From an uncultured Pseudobdellovibrionaceae bacterium (GTDB lineage: Bacteria; Bdellovibrionota; Bdellovibrionia; Bdellovibrionales; UBA1609), in assembly GCA_964360255.1 (NCBI GenBank), contig CAYHVK010000014.1:10384-74383 (forward strand): a stretch of DNA of 64,000 nucleotides, read 5' to 3'. Below are positions 7,591 through 16,491 of this stretch, in pieces. The position numbers were made by a program, and so were the translations under genes. Below the pieces are notes generated by a model. The model did not search any database, was not told where the DNA came from, and saw nothing but the letters and a program-made list of their open reading frames with translations. Each line of letters opens with the position of its first letter. Within the stretch, counting starts at the first letter, position 1.

Positions 7591-8679
7591 ATGAAAACAA
7601 CATCACTCCTTCTCACCATCGTCATCGCAACTGCGAGTGTGTCTTCCGCTGAAACTCGCTACACCGGCTGGTTCGACGGAAATGGCAAACCCATTTCGAA
7701 GGAGGTGAACACTCCACTCAAAGGCCCTTTTATGAGGGTTACACCAGGTCACACGGTCGCAAGTTTACCCTCTCTACCCACAGCCACTCTACAAAGATTG
7801 GGTAGTTATTTAACTGGTCCCTTAGTGCAAGATGCGGCTGTCATCATGCCCGTTGCTAATGAGCGCTTTGCTAAATCTATTGAGAGTCTGCGTAAGAAAA
7901 ACATCGTACAAAAAGCTAAGAATGCCGCCGCTGCTTTTGGTGTCGATCCGGCTGTTTTAATTGGCAACATTCTCGGCGAACTGACTTTCAATAATGATGT
8001 TCTTCGTATGGGCCAAGATTGGGCCGGTAAATTACTGCCTTCAAAAATGAATTATTCCGGAGCTCAGCGCTTGAGTTCTTTTCTTAGCGCCAAGCAATTT
8101 GAAATTTGCAAACCCCAACTCTCTGATTACTGGAGCTGGGTGTGCGTGAATCAGGTTTGGGCTGTCAGCCTAAGCAAAGCGAGAAAGCGTCCTGAGTATA
8201 ATAATGTTCCAGACGATAAAATCATTCACTTAGAACCAAATGACGAAGTTCTTCATGGCGTTTTGCGCCCTTCAACCGGTGGTTCATACGGTTTAGCACA
8301 AATGAGTTTAGTCAGAGCTTTGATGGTGTCTAAAGATGTCTCTGACAAAACAAACCTAAAACAGGTGACGCTGCAAAATATGAGCGAAGTGATGGAGATG
8401 GTTCTCGATGATGAAGCCACTCTCTACATTCTTGCAGCCTCTACCGCACGAGCCATTGATGCTTATAAACGTTTTGCGAATATCGACATTTCAAACAATG
8501 TTGGCATCCAAGTTACGCTGTTCAATTTGGGATACGAAGTTGAGAAGGCGCTCGAGCTACAAAGAATCAATTTTATTCGCCGCCAAGCTCAGCAAAAACC
8601 GCTACCGCCAAAAGAAAACTACATGGGTTGGTTTATAACTGAAAAAGAAGCTGAGATCCGCCAGCTTTTAGCTGAATAA
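7591..8679 (+). CDS. Hypothetical secreted protein
   Basis: Signal MKTTSLLLTIVIATASVSSA|E. Contains GNILGELTFNND and GGSYGLAQMS segments faintly reminiscent of glycosidase/transglycosylase folds. Not assignable. Confidence 0.5.
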   Translation: MKTTSLLLTIVIATASVSSAETRYTGWFDGNGKPISKEVNTPLKGPFMRVTPGHTVASLPSLPTATLQRLGSYLTGPLVQDAAVIMPVANERFAKSIESLRKKNIVQKAKNAAAAFGVDPAVLIGNILGELTFNNDVLRMGQDWAGKLLPSKMNYSGAQRLSSFLSAKQFEICKPQLSDYWSWVCVNQVWAVSLSKARKRPEYNNVPDDKIIHLEPNDEVLHGVLRPSTGGSYGLAQMSLVRALMVSKDVSDKTNLKQVTLQNMSEVMEMVLDDEATLYILAASTARAIDAYKRFANIDISNNVGIQVTLFNLGYEVEKALELQRINFIRRQAQQKPLPPKENYMGWFITEKEAEIRQLLAE

Positions 8680-8727
8680 GCCGCCCAATTCTTTGACTTC
8701 AACAGCCTTGCATGGTTCGATTTATAT

Positions 8728-10113
8728 ATGGGAACCGCCGCACAAATTCTCAAAGTTTTTCTATTCGCTGCTTCCCTATTTTTAGGAGCGGGTTTTTTCG
8801 CGACTTCAGCCCACGCCCAAAACGCCCTTCGCATTGATTCTATTTCAGGCGTTTCAAATTATACGATTGATTCAGCCACTAACGGCGCTGCGATTTACGC
8901 AGGTATCGCTGGCACCTGCTCTTCAGCTTCAACAACCGATACATGCAATAGCTGCTTAGGTGGATTGACGGCTTGTAATGCAAAAAGAGTTCACCCGAAC
9001 TTGGTTTTAAATATTACTTTTACAGTCACAGGCGAGCTCACTGGTGTCGCTCGCCTTCATTATTCATCATCAGCTAGCGCCACTGTAAGTAATGTGACTG
9101 GTGCGACAGCCTCGAGTGGAACAAATACAATCAGCAAAACGGTGAATCCTACTGTGACCATGTCTGTTTCTTGGGGCAGCCTTTGCACCAGCTTATCGAC
9201 CGATGGTGGCTGCACCACTGTTGAAAAGCAGGGCAAGCTTTACATTTGTGTTTCTGCCGATGCGACTTGTGACTCTAATGAGCGTGTTGAAATTCCAACG
9301 TATCTTTATGCACCAGAATCAACAGATGTAGATCCTATTGACTGTAGTGGAACGGGACCCATTTCTGACAATGGCATTTGCGGCTTCACGGCTTTCCCCG
9401 GTGACGAAAAAATAACGGTGACTGATCTCGATTTGGGCGGAAGCTATCCGACGAACAATGATGTTCCAGTCACCAAAATGGTGGTTCTCTTCAGTGACGT
9501 GAATTTTGCCGATATCGATAACACCAACTACGTTGACGGCAACGTGGCTGAACTCGATGCCGATAGCAATGGCGATATTTCACCTGATACCGTTGAGGGC
9601 CTTACAAACGACGTTAAATATTTTTTTAGATCTGGCATGATCGATGCGGCTCAAAATCTTTACTTCATTACAAGCGACAACGAAATTACAACCAATGGAG
9701 GCGGAGGTTGTGGAGCAGAAGATGATGCCACTTGCAATTACATCGCCACGCCGTCAAAAGTTTACGGCCTGCTCACTGAAGATTTAAATTGCTTTATCAC
9801 TACGGCCGCCTACGGCTCGAGCTTCGCGCCGAAAGTGATGGATTTCAGAGCCTTCAGAAATAAATTTTTAGTCCCAAGCGCATTAGGCCGTAAAATTATT
9901 TATTTCTACTATGACATCGGCCCGAAAGCGGCGCGCTGGCTCGATCAAAATGAATGGGCTAAACCTGCAGTGCGCTTAGGGCTTCTCCCCGCCTGGTTAT
10001 TTGTTGAGACAGCGCAGTTCTTAGGCCTGACAGCAGCGGCAGTTTTCTTTGTTTCGTTTTTCATTCTCCTCTTCTGCGGCGTGAAAATTATTAAGCGGAG
10101 AATGACAATTTGA
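8728..10113 (+). CDS. Cys-rich cell-surface protein with C-terminal CFI-type box, TM helix and basic tail
   Basis: Signal peptide ending SAHA|QN and 14 Cys by my count. C-terminus NCFITTAAYGSSFAPKVMDFRAFRNKFL...YYDIGPKAARWL, then LGLTAAAVFFVSFFILLFCGV-KIIKRRMTI. Confidence 0.65.
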   Translation: MGTAAQILKVFLFAASLFLGAGFFATSAHAQNALRIDSISGVSNYTIDSATNGAAIYAGIAGTCSSASTTDTCNSCLGGLTACNAKRVHPNLVLNITFTVTGELTGVARLHYSSSASATVSNVTGATASSGTNTISKTVNPTVTMSVSWGSLCTSLSTDGGCTTVEKQGKLYICVSADATCDSNERVEIPTYLYAPESTDVDPIDCSGTGPISDNGICGFTAFPGDEKITVTDLDLGGSYPTNNDVPVTKMVVLFSDVNFADIDNTNYVDGNVAELDADSNGDISPDTVEGLTNDVKYFFRSGMIDAAQNLYFITSDNEITTNGGGGCGAEDDATCNYIATPSKVYGLLTEDLNCFITTAAYGSSFAPKVMDFRAFRNKFLVPSALGRKIIYFYYDIGPKAARWLDQNEWAKPAVRLGLLPAWLFVETAQFLGLTAAAVFFVSFFILLFCGVKIIKRRMTI

Positions 10114-11153
10114 AATGCACATTCGCTTCCGTAATTTTCGGCACAGGTTTAGTTTTGTCTCTCGGTATTATTGAACTGACAGGTGAACTTGGCTTTCTGC
10201 CGAACGCTCAAGCTCAGCAAAAACCACAGCCCGCTCGCATTCAGCCACCTGACTTACTGACTGAACCAGCTGATGCTGTCGAAGCTGAAGCTCCGCCGTC
10301 AAATCAAGATGAAGAGCCCACAATGGCTCCTCCGTCAGCAGCGAAACAAGAAACCAATCTTGATCCGCTTGAACCTATCGAGTCTGATAAAGAGCCGGTA
10401 CCGATCATTAAGAAAAACACTCAAGCCATAGATCGCCGAGCTCGCCCTGAGAGTCGATACATTGAACATCCCAATGCTAAAAAAGGTTTGATCAAAATTG
10501 ATAAAGAAAAAGTTTATCATTATCGCGTGAAACCATCAGATCAAAAAGGCGCGGGCAGTTTTAAAGTTGCGGTTTATGAGCCGACCAATTTAGAAAACCC
10601 TGAAGACCCAAGTCTTCTTAATTACGATTCCATTTACGACGACAATGCCAGCCCACTTCTTCTTTATGAACACGAGTGGCAAATCTGGCAGAAGTTCGGC
10701 AAGTTTGGTTTAACAGCAACGGGCGGCTTTTTCTTCGCCGAAGGTCACGGCCAATTCGCTAACCCTGCAGCCACTGATCGTCCGAAAGAACAGTTTATGC
10801 TTTTTGTTTTTCCGGTTCATGTCGGAGGCATCCTTCGCCTGCAATTCACTGACGGACAAAGATTCGTTCCTTACGGCGGCGGCGGTATCGGCGGCATGGC
10901 TTTCGCTGAACGCCGTGATGATGATTTAAATCCATCTATAGGCGCACGACTTGGATTCTCACCCAACGCCACTGCTTACGGTGGTATTGCTTTGCAATTA
11001 GGTTCGGGCTCTCAATCATTTCTTGATCTCGATCGCGAGTACGGCATCAATAAAATGTGGCTGACCGCCGAATACCGCACTTACATTCATATCGGCGGCG
11101 ATTATGATTTCAGTGGCGACGCCATCAACGGCGGCTTCACCGCTGAGTTCTAG
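10110..11153 (+). CDS. Predicted outer-membrane beta-barrel protein with Pro/Glu-rich N-terminal linker
   Basis: TTG start overlaps the upstream stop (TTGA), with a GGAGA RBS. Signal peptide, then a PQPARIQPPDLLTEPADAVEAEAPP linker. Gly/aromatic-rich C-terminal half ends ...INGGFTAEF (terminal Phe). Confidence 0.6.
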   Translation: MKCTFASVIFGTGLVLSLGIIELTGELGFLPNAQAQQKPQPARIQPPDLLTEPADAVEAEAPPSNQDEEPTMAPPSAAKQETNLDPLEPIESDKEPVPIIKKNTQAIDRRARPESRYIEHPNAKKGLIKIDKEKVYHYRVKPSDQKGAGSFKVAVYEPTNLENPEDPSLLNYDSIYDDNASPLLLYEHEWQIWQKFGKFGLTATGGFFFAEGHGQFANPAATDRPKEQFMLFVFPVHVGGILRLQFTDGQRFVPYGGGGIGGMAFAERRDDDLNPSIGARLGFSPNATAYGGIALQLGSGSQSFLDLDREYGINKMWLTAEYRTYIHIGGDYDFSGDAINGGFTAEF

Positions 11154-11233
11154 TAAAATCCACTCGCTCATCAGAATCCCCCTAGCCAGAAGCTTGAAAG
11201 GCAGCTACAAAGCCGCTTGAGGTTCGTGGTACT

Positions 11234-12004
11234 TTGAAAAAATATAAATTCTTAATTTCTTATGATGGGACTGACTTTGAGGGCTGGCAACGCCAGCTCG
11301 AAGGCAAACCCACAGTTCAAGGAGCTATTGAGCGAGCCATTGCCCAGATCTGCAGTGAACCTATCAAGGTCATTGGCTCAGGGCGCACTGACAGCGGCGT
11401 TCATGCTGAAGGGCAAGTTTTTCACTTTAAAACCGACAAAGAACTCAATCGCAACTTTATTAAGAGCATGAACTCGATTCTCCCCCACTCAATTTCTGTA
11501 TTAAATGGTTGGGAGGCTCCCGATGAGTTTCACGCTCAAATTTCTGCTATTTCTAAAACTTACCGCTATTTAATTCATAATAGCCAGGTGCCCAATGCCC
11601 TCAGACGTCGCTACACAACATGGCAGCGTCGCGAGCTAAATATCGATAATCTCAATGCTATTTGCGAACCTCTCATCGGCACCCATGACTTTAAAAGCTT
11701 CCAAACGGCAGGCACCGGGGTGAAGACAAGCATTCGCACCATCACCGAAGCTCACTGGAAACTGATCGGCCCTGAGCTCATAGAGTTCAGAGTGACAGGC
11801 ACAGGCTTTTTAAAACAAATGATACGAAATATCGTCGGAACAGCCATACATCTGCACCAAATCGGCCAGGGCCCTAAAGAAATGTCTGCTATTCTCAATG
11901 AGTTAGACCGTCAGGCCGCTAAAGCGACTGCACCTCCCACCGGGCTTTATTTACATCGAGTTGAATATCCAAGTGACCTTGACAATAAGTGCCGCGAACT
12001 TTAG
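11234..12004 (+). CDS. truA: tRNA pseudouridine(38-40) synthase
   Basis: ISYDGTDFEGWQRQ and GSGRTDSGVHAEGQV catalytic motif. Length 256 aa. Confidence 0.9.
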   Translation: MKKYKFLISYDGTDFEGWQRQLEGKPTVQGAIERAIAQICSEPIKVIGSGRTDSGVHAEGQVFHFKTDKELNRNFIKSMNSILPHSISVLNGWEAPDEFHAQISAISKTYRYLIHNSQVPNALRRRYTTWQRRELNIDNLNAICEPLIGTHDFKSFQTAGTGVKTSIRTITEAHWKLIGPELIEFRVTGTGFLKQMIRNIVGTAIHLHQIGQGPKEMSAILNELDRQAAKATAPPTGLYLHRVEYPSDLDNKCREL

Positions 12005-12007
12005 ATT
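11979..12007 (+). promoter_or_regulatory. Candidate sigma-70 promoter for rplM-rpsI
   Basis: TTGACA (11979-11984), 17-nt spacer, TAGATT (12002-12007), 30 nt upstream of the rplM ATG. Confidence 0.5.
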
Positions 12008-12037
12008 GTCGCCCTTCGACATTCGAGAGGAATACCT

Positions 12038-12487
12038 ATGAAAACATGGAATGCTAAAGATTCTGAAGTACAACGCCAGTGGTGGTTAGTTGATGCTGAC
12101 GGACAAACTCTAGGCCGCTTGGCTACACGTATTGCAACAATTCTTCGCGGCAAAGATAAAGCAGTCTTTACTCCCCACGTAGATACTGGCGATTTCGTAG
12201 TTGTGATTAACAGCAAAAAAATCAAATTAACGGGTAACAAGTTGCTCGACAAAAAATACTACACGCACTCACGTTATTTCGGTTCACTAAAAACTTTCAC
12301 AGCTCAACAGAAGCTTGAAAGCGATTCTGGATTCTTAATCACTGAAGCTGTGAAAGGTATGCTCCCGCAAAATAAACTTTCTAGACAACTTCTTAAGAAG
12401 CTCAAAGTTTACGAAGCTGGCGAACATCCACACGCAACACAAAAACCACAAACTTTAACTATCAAGAAAACGGCAGGTAAAAAATAA
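12038..12487 (+). CDS. rplM: 50S ribosomal protein L13
   Basis: QRQWWLVDADGQTLGRLATRIATILRGK is the classic L13 N-terminus. Confidence 0.95.
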   Translation: MKTWNAKDSEVQRQWWLVDADGQTLGRLATRIATILRGKDKAVFTPHVDTGDFVVVINSKKIKLTGNKLLDKKYYTHSRYFGSLKTFTAQQKLESDSGFLITEAVKGMLPQNKLSRQLLKKLKVYEAGEHPHATQKPQTLTIKKTAGKK

Positions 12488-12918
12488 TGGCTAAAACAAC
12501 AAAAGCACCTAAAGAGCCAAAAGTTCAGGGCGTTGTTTATTACGCAACTGGCAGACGCAAAACTAGCTCGGCTCGTATTTTCTTGAAGCCAGGTAGCGGT
12601 AAGTTTGTAGTTAATGACGTTGATCTTGCTAAGTTCGCACAAAGCGACGTTCAACGTGTTTTGGCAGCTTCACCATTTGCAACAACTGAAACAGTTGGCA
12701 AATACGATGTTGAAGCTAAAGTTGTTGGCGGTGGTTACAGCTCACAAATCGGCGCGATTCGCCACGGTGTTGCTCGTGCCCTTTCAACTGTTGATGACAG
12801 CAAACTTCGCCCAGTATTAAAAGCTGCAGGAATGTTAACACGTGATGACCGTATGGTTGAACGTAAAAAATACGGCCGCCATAAAGCTCGTAAACGTCCT
12901 CAGTTCTCTAAACGTTAA
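12487..12918 (+). CDS. rpsI: 30S ribosomal protein S9
   Basis: GRRKTSSARIFLKPGSG...GGGYSSQIGAIRHGVARAL...RKKYGRHKARKRPQFSKR. The ATG overlaps the rplM stop. Confidence 0.95.
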   Translation: MAKTTKAPKEPKVQGVVYYATGRRKTSSARIFLKPGSGKFVVNDVDLAKFAQSDVQRVLAASPFATTETVGKYDVEAKVVGGGYSSQIGAIRHGVARALSTVDDSKLRPVLKAAGMLTRDDRMVERKKYGRHKARKRPQFSKR

Positions 12919-12961
12919 TATCGAAATTCATACGGCCGAGAGATTGGCCGCCTGAAAAAAG

Positions 12962-12995
12962 AAAAAGCCAGCCGTGAAGCTGGCTTTTTTATTTT
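12962..12995. terminator. Bidirectional rho-independent terminator between rpsI and the LysR gene
   Basis: AAAAAGCCAGC-cgtgaa-GCTGGCTTTTTT with flanking A and T runs. Confidence 0.8.
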
Positions 12996-13017
12996 GGGTG
13001 TCTTCAAGTCGTCACAA

Positions 13018-13863
13018 TTAGAAACTGATCTTCTTTGCAAGTTCAATAACTTTGGCTCCTGCACGCGTGGCGAGAATTTCGCGGCGGTAAGCGAGATACA
13101 TCTTATCTTCAATTGCAGGAAAGCTTGAGTTATAGACTTCGAGGTCGTCGGCTCCGCCAGCTCGGGCGATACGCTCAGGTAATGCACCCACTCCGAGACC
13201 TTCAATAGTTATAGCTCTGATCACTTCTAGGCTCGCACTATTTACTTGGGCCCAGCCATCAAACTTGCCCTTCATCTTTTTCATAATGAGTTCGGTTTGA
13301 TTGATATTCACATTATAGAAAAGACGTTGCGGAGGATTCTTCAACCCCTTCTTTTTCCAGAAAGTGAATTGATCATTACAGATTTTATATAGAATCAAAT
13401 CCGGGTGATGATATGGGTTAATAACAAAAGCAAAATCCACTTCGTAGGCGATGAGCTTCTCGGTGATCTTGGCTGATGAATTGTGCACAAGCTCAAACTC
13501 AAGTTTGGGAGCGTGCTGCTCGACGCCTTTTAAAAAAGGCGGAAACGCATAACCAGCTACGGCCGGATGCGCTCCACAACGAAAGCGGCCCTGCACTTCG
13601 TCTTTGTGCTTAAGAATATCATTGTTCAAAGTCTGCCAGTCTTCGAGTAAGCGCTTGGTAGAGCGATAGAGAATCTGTCCCTCTTCTGTCGGTAGCAAGC
13701 CTGACTTCGTTCGAATAAAAAGCTTCGTCTTCAGTTTCGCCTCAAGCTTCGCCAGCGACTGAGAAAGCGTCGGCTGTGTCACTCTCAGGCGGACTGCCGC
13801 CCGTGACATGTGCTGAGTCGTATACAATTCAATAAAGTTTTGGAGCTCTAACTCTGTAATCAT
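13018..13863 (-). CDS. LysR-family transcriptional regulator
   Basis: N-terminal wHTH HMSRAAVRLRVTQPTLSQSLAKLEAKLKTKLFIRTKSG plus a LysR substrate-binding-type C-terminal domain. Confidence 0.85.
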   Translation of the reverse strand: MITELELQNFIELYTTQHMSRAAVRLRVTQPTLSQSLAKLEAKLKTKLFIRTKSGLLPTEEGQILYRSTKRLLEDWQTLNNDILKHKDEVQGRFRCGAHPAVAGYAFPPFLKGVEQHAPKLEFELVHNSSAKITEKLIAYEVDFAFVINPYHHPDLILYKICNDQFTFWKKKGLKNPPQRLFYNVNINQTELIMKKMKGKFDGWAQVNSASLEVIRAITIEGLGVGALPERIARAGGADDLEVYNSSFPAIEDKMYLAYRREILATRAGAKVIELAKKISF

Positions 13864-13962
13864 AGTTTTTTACCTATCATAAATTACTAGTATAACAATT
13901 TTACTAATAATACTACCCGTCTTATAAAGATTTTAGTTTTAACCAATCACTTCGGGGGAAGT

Positions 13963-14052
13963 ATGAAAAACAATCTCATCACTAAGATCATCGCAAAAAA
14001 GAAAACTTGCGGAACTTTAAAAGCAAAGTGCTGCTTGGTATTCAAATACTAA
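13963..14052 (+). CDS. Candidate small ORF: 29-aa Lys/Cys-rich peptide (unannotated; below the track length cutoff)
   Basis: GGGGGA RBS 3 nt before the ATG. Translation is MKNNLITKIIAKKKTCGTLKAKCCLVFKY. A perfect hairpin follows 13 nt after the stop. Confidence 0.3.
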   Translation: MKNNLITKIIAKKKTCGTLKAKCCLVFKY

Positions 14053-14065
14053 AGGGGCCAGGACA

Positions 14066-14105
14066 CTCCGATCGAAGTCGAGCAATTCCTCGACTTCGAT
14101 CGGAG
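14066..14105. repeat. Perfect 17-bp inverted repeat with 6-nt loop
   Basis: ctccgatcgaagtcgag-caattc-ctcgacttcgatcggag with no trailing T-run. The arm resembles the ctccgaacgggaag arm of the 3803-3877 element. Confidence 0.8.
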
Positions 14106-14218
14106 CACCTCAAGAGGTCGTCAGAGATGTTATTAAAAATAATCATGCTGAATATATCTCTTAGGCAAACCCAATCAAAAACTTTAAAAATTAAACCGAC
14201 TTATTAAAGGACACATAT

Positions 14219-14674
14219 ATGCAAACTACACTTAACGAGCTTTTAGCCTTCAGACACGACGGAGTGATCAATCGCTATAAGAGAGATTTCCCTGCGGATG
14301 CCGCAAGAGCTGAAGATCTCTTTACTGATTTGATGACTTTCTTCTGGGCTTCTAAAAAACATGAGCTCGAGCGCCTAAGCAATCCTGATATCGAAAACCT
14401 CGATTTTACATTTATCATGGATGAAGAAATGCTCGAGATCGATAAGATGTGGCACATCTTTTTACTCTATACAAAAGACTACATGGATTTCTGCGAGAAG
14501 TATTTTGGTGAATTTTTACATCACTTGCCGGATGTAGTGCCGAATAGAAAAATCACTCCATTCGATGTTGAAATGAATTTACAGAAATTCCTCTCTTATG
14601 TGTTTGATAATTTAGGGGAAGATTTTGTGCGTCGTTGGTTTCGACTCTCCTCGCAGGAAGCTGAAGCCGTTTAA
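14219..14674 (+). CDS. Hypothetical protein, GRDP/DUF1399-like motif
   Basis: IDKMWHIFLLYTKDYMDFCEKYFGEFLHHLP matches my memory of the D..WH.h.L.T..Y..fC...fG..l.H pattern. No signal peptide. Confidence 0.45.
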   Translation: MQTTLNELLAFRHDGVINRYKRDFPADAARAEDLFTDLMTFFWASKKHELERLSNPDIENLDFTFIMDEEMLEIDKMWHIFLLYTKDYMDFCEKYFGEFLHHLPDVVPNRKITPFDVEMNLQKFLSYVFDNLGEDFVRRWFRLSSQEAEAV

Positions 14675-14689
14675 ACGCCTATAGCCCAA

Positions 14690-14725
14690 AGCAGTGTCTA
14701 GAAATTAGACACTGCTGTTTTGTTT
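14690..14725 (+). terminator. Rho-independent terminator
   Basis: AGCAGTGTCTA-gaaat-TAGACACTGCT followed by GTTTTGTTT. Confidence 0.8.
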
Positions 14726-14793
14726 ACAGACTATCTTTAAAACCGCACTTTCTCATTTATAATTGAGCCTTCAAGCAATAAAAGAGGTTATCA

Positions 14794-15189
14794 GTGCGCC
14801 TACTATTACTCGTTACCACTCTTATGTGGAGCTTTGTTTCTTTAGCTCAAAATCCTACTGAAGCATCAGATTTCAAAAAGATCTTCTTTGATAATGGAAA
14901 CTTTCCTCTAGCTACGACAACTGACGTTCCGTCAACGTTAAGAGACTACTTTGTCGATTCAGTTTTCACTGAGCTCTCAATGGCTAAACCTAAAGTTGAG
15001 TGCAAAACCATTAAAGACGTTAAAACTTGCGATATTATGTGGCTCTCAGCGAAATATGTTTACGTATCAGGCGAAAAACCAAAAGACATTTGGAGACAAG
15101 AAGACGATTGCGTCAATGCAGTTAAAGTCCAAATGAAAAACGATAAAGTTTTTGCGGCTGAAGTGACAATGGAAATGTGCGGCTGGTAG
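14794..15189 (+). CDS. Small secreted protein, unknown function
   Basis: GTG start with AAGAGG RBS. Signal MRLLLLVTTLMWSFVSLA|QN. 4 Cys. Confidence 0.55.
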   Translation: MRLLLLVTTLMWSFVSLAQNPTEASDFKKIFFDNGNFPLATTTDVPSTLRDYFVDSVFTELSMAKPKVECKTIKDVKTCDIMWLSAKYVYVSGEKPKDIWRQEDDCVNAVKVQMKNDKVFAAEVTMEMCGW

Positions 15190-15207
15190 TCGCGGAGGCT
15201 TATCAAA

Positions 15208-16467
15208 ATGACAAGAAATAAATTTTTTCTAATCAGCTCAAGTGTAGCCGTTTCATTGGCTTTACTTTTTAACTCATCTGGTGAAGCCTCTGGGCCTGCT
15301 ATCAAATTACCACCTGCAAAATGCCAAAAAGATTTTAACTCTTTCGAGGCTTGGCGTGAAGATTTTCGTGTTGAGGCGATGAGGTCAGGTGTCTCGACGG
15401 TCACTTGGAATGCAGCTCTTCCCTCTCTAGTTGTAGATACAGAAGTTTTAAGTCGCGACAATTCGCAAGGTGCTTTCTATACAAGCTTTCTGAAGTTTTC
15501 TATTCCGCGCGCACATCCTCGAATCCCGCGCGCACGAAATCTATTAAAATCTCATGGGGCGCTTTTCAAAAAAGTCGAAGCGACTTATGGCATTCCTGGT
15601 GAAATTCTTTTATCACTTTGGGGATTAGAAACAGATTTTGCTGTTTCAACAATTCCAGGCGCTACACAATTCCCAATTCTAAGTTCAATGACAACTCTCG
15701 CTTATGATTGCCGCCGTCCTGAAATTTTCAGAGACAATTTAAAGAGTGCATTGAAGTTAATTGAAAATAAAACCGTAGATATTGAGAACATGACAGGTCA
15801 GTGGGCGGGAGAAATGAGTGGTCTGCAACTCACTCCGAGCAACTATTTAAACTTCGGCGTGGATTTCGATAAAGACGGTCGCATTGATATCGTGAATAGC
15901 GTACCTGATCTTATGGCTTCAGCCGCTAGCATGCTCAAGAGTTATGGTTGGGTGGCTAAGCAACCTTATATAATTGAAGTAAAAGTGCCTGAGAAAATGG
16001 ACTGGCAGTATGCAGATCTCACTCTCGAGAAAATGCACCCTCTCGCAAATTGGACGAAGCAGGGCGTAACGTTAGCTGATGGATCTGCTCTTCCAGCCGG
16101 ATTACCCAATGCTTCGTTGATGTTACCTATGGGTCACCTAGGTCCAGCGTTTTTAGCCTTCCCAAATTTTAAAACTCTCTTGCAGTGGAATGCCTCACTC
16201 AACAATGCACTCACAGCTTCATATTTGGCTTATAGAACAGCTAACGTGAACGCTCCACCAATGAGTTCGGGCAACGGCACACCAGAGATTTTAACAGCAG
16301 CTATGCTTAAGAACCTCCAAACTCTTCTTGCGAAACGTGGCTACAACATGGGTAAGATCGATGGCTTCTTAGGCACGGCCACTCGAGCCGCAACTAAAGA
16401 TATGCAAATGAAGCTGGGTTTACCGGCCGATGGCTACCCGACAACTGAACTACTTAATAAACTATAA
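15208..16467 (+). CDS. Lytic murein transglycosylase (MltB-like) with C-terminal peptidoglycan-binding domain
   Basis: ILLSLWGLETDFA catalytic-Glu motif. C-terminal GKIDGFLGTATRAATKDMQMKLGLPADGYPT PG-binding repeat. GGAGG RBS. Confidence 0.8.
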   Translation: MTRNKFFLISSSVAVSLALLFNSSGEASGPAIKLPPAKCQKDFNSFEAWREDFRVEAMRSGVSTVTWNAALPSLVVDTEVLSRDNSQGAFYTSFLKFSIPRAHPRIPRARNLLKSHGALFKKVEATYGIPGEILLSLWGLETDFAVSTIPGATQFPILSSMTTLAYDCRRPEIFRDNLKSALKLIENKTVDIENMTGQWAGEMSGLQLTPSNYLNFGVDFDKDGRIDIVNSVPDLMASAASMLKSYGWVAKQPYIIEVKVPEKMDWQYADLTLEKMHPLANWTKQGVTLADGSALPAGLPNASLMLPMGHLGPAFLAFPNFKTLLQWNASLNNALTASYLAYRTANVNAPPMSSGNGTPEILTAAMLKNLQTLLAKRGYNMGKIDGFLGTATRAATKDMQMKLGLPADGYPTTELLNKL

Positions 16468-16491
16468 ATTATTAAGCGCATGAGTTACTTT

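Noticed and set aside
9070-9100. T-G-A-T in the Cys-rich surface protein (…VSNVTGATASSG…), considered as a second ApbE flavinylation site.
   Set aside because: It lacks the conserved Asp three residues upstream (S-N-V-T-G-A-T), sits in a Ser/Thr/Gly/Ala-rich low-complexity region where such tetrapeptides arise by chance, and the gene is not linked to apbE.
14007-14207. Track ORF of 66 aa (TTG start) in the LysR-divergent intergenic region.
   Set aside because: It reads straight through the perfect 17-bp hairpin, has no RBS, and is Arg/Ser/Leu low-complexity. The 29-codon ORF with an RBS (13963-14052) plus a non-coding hairpin explains the region better, though that ORF is itself uncertain.
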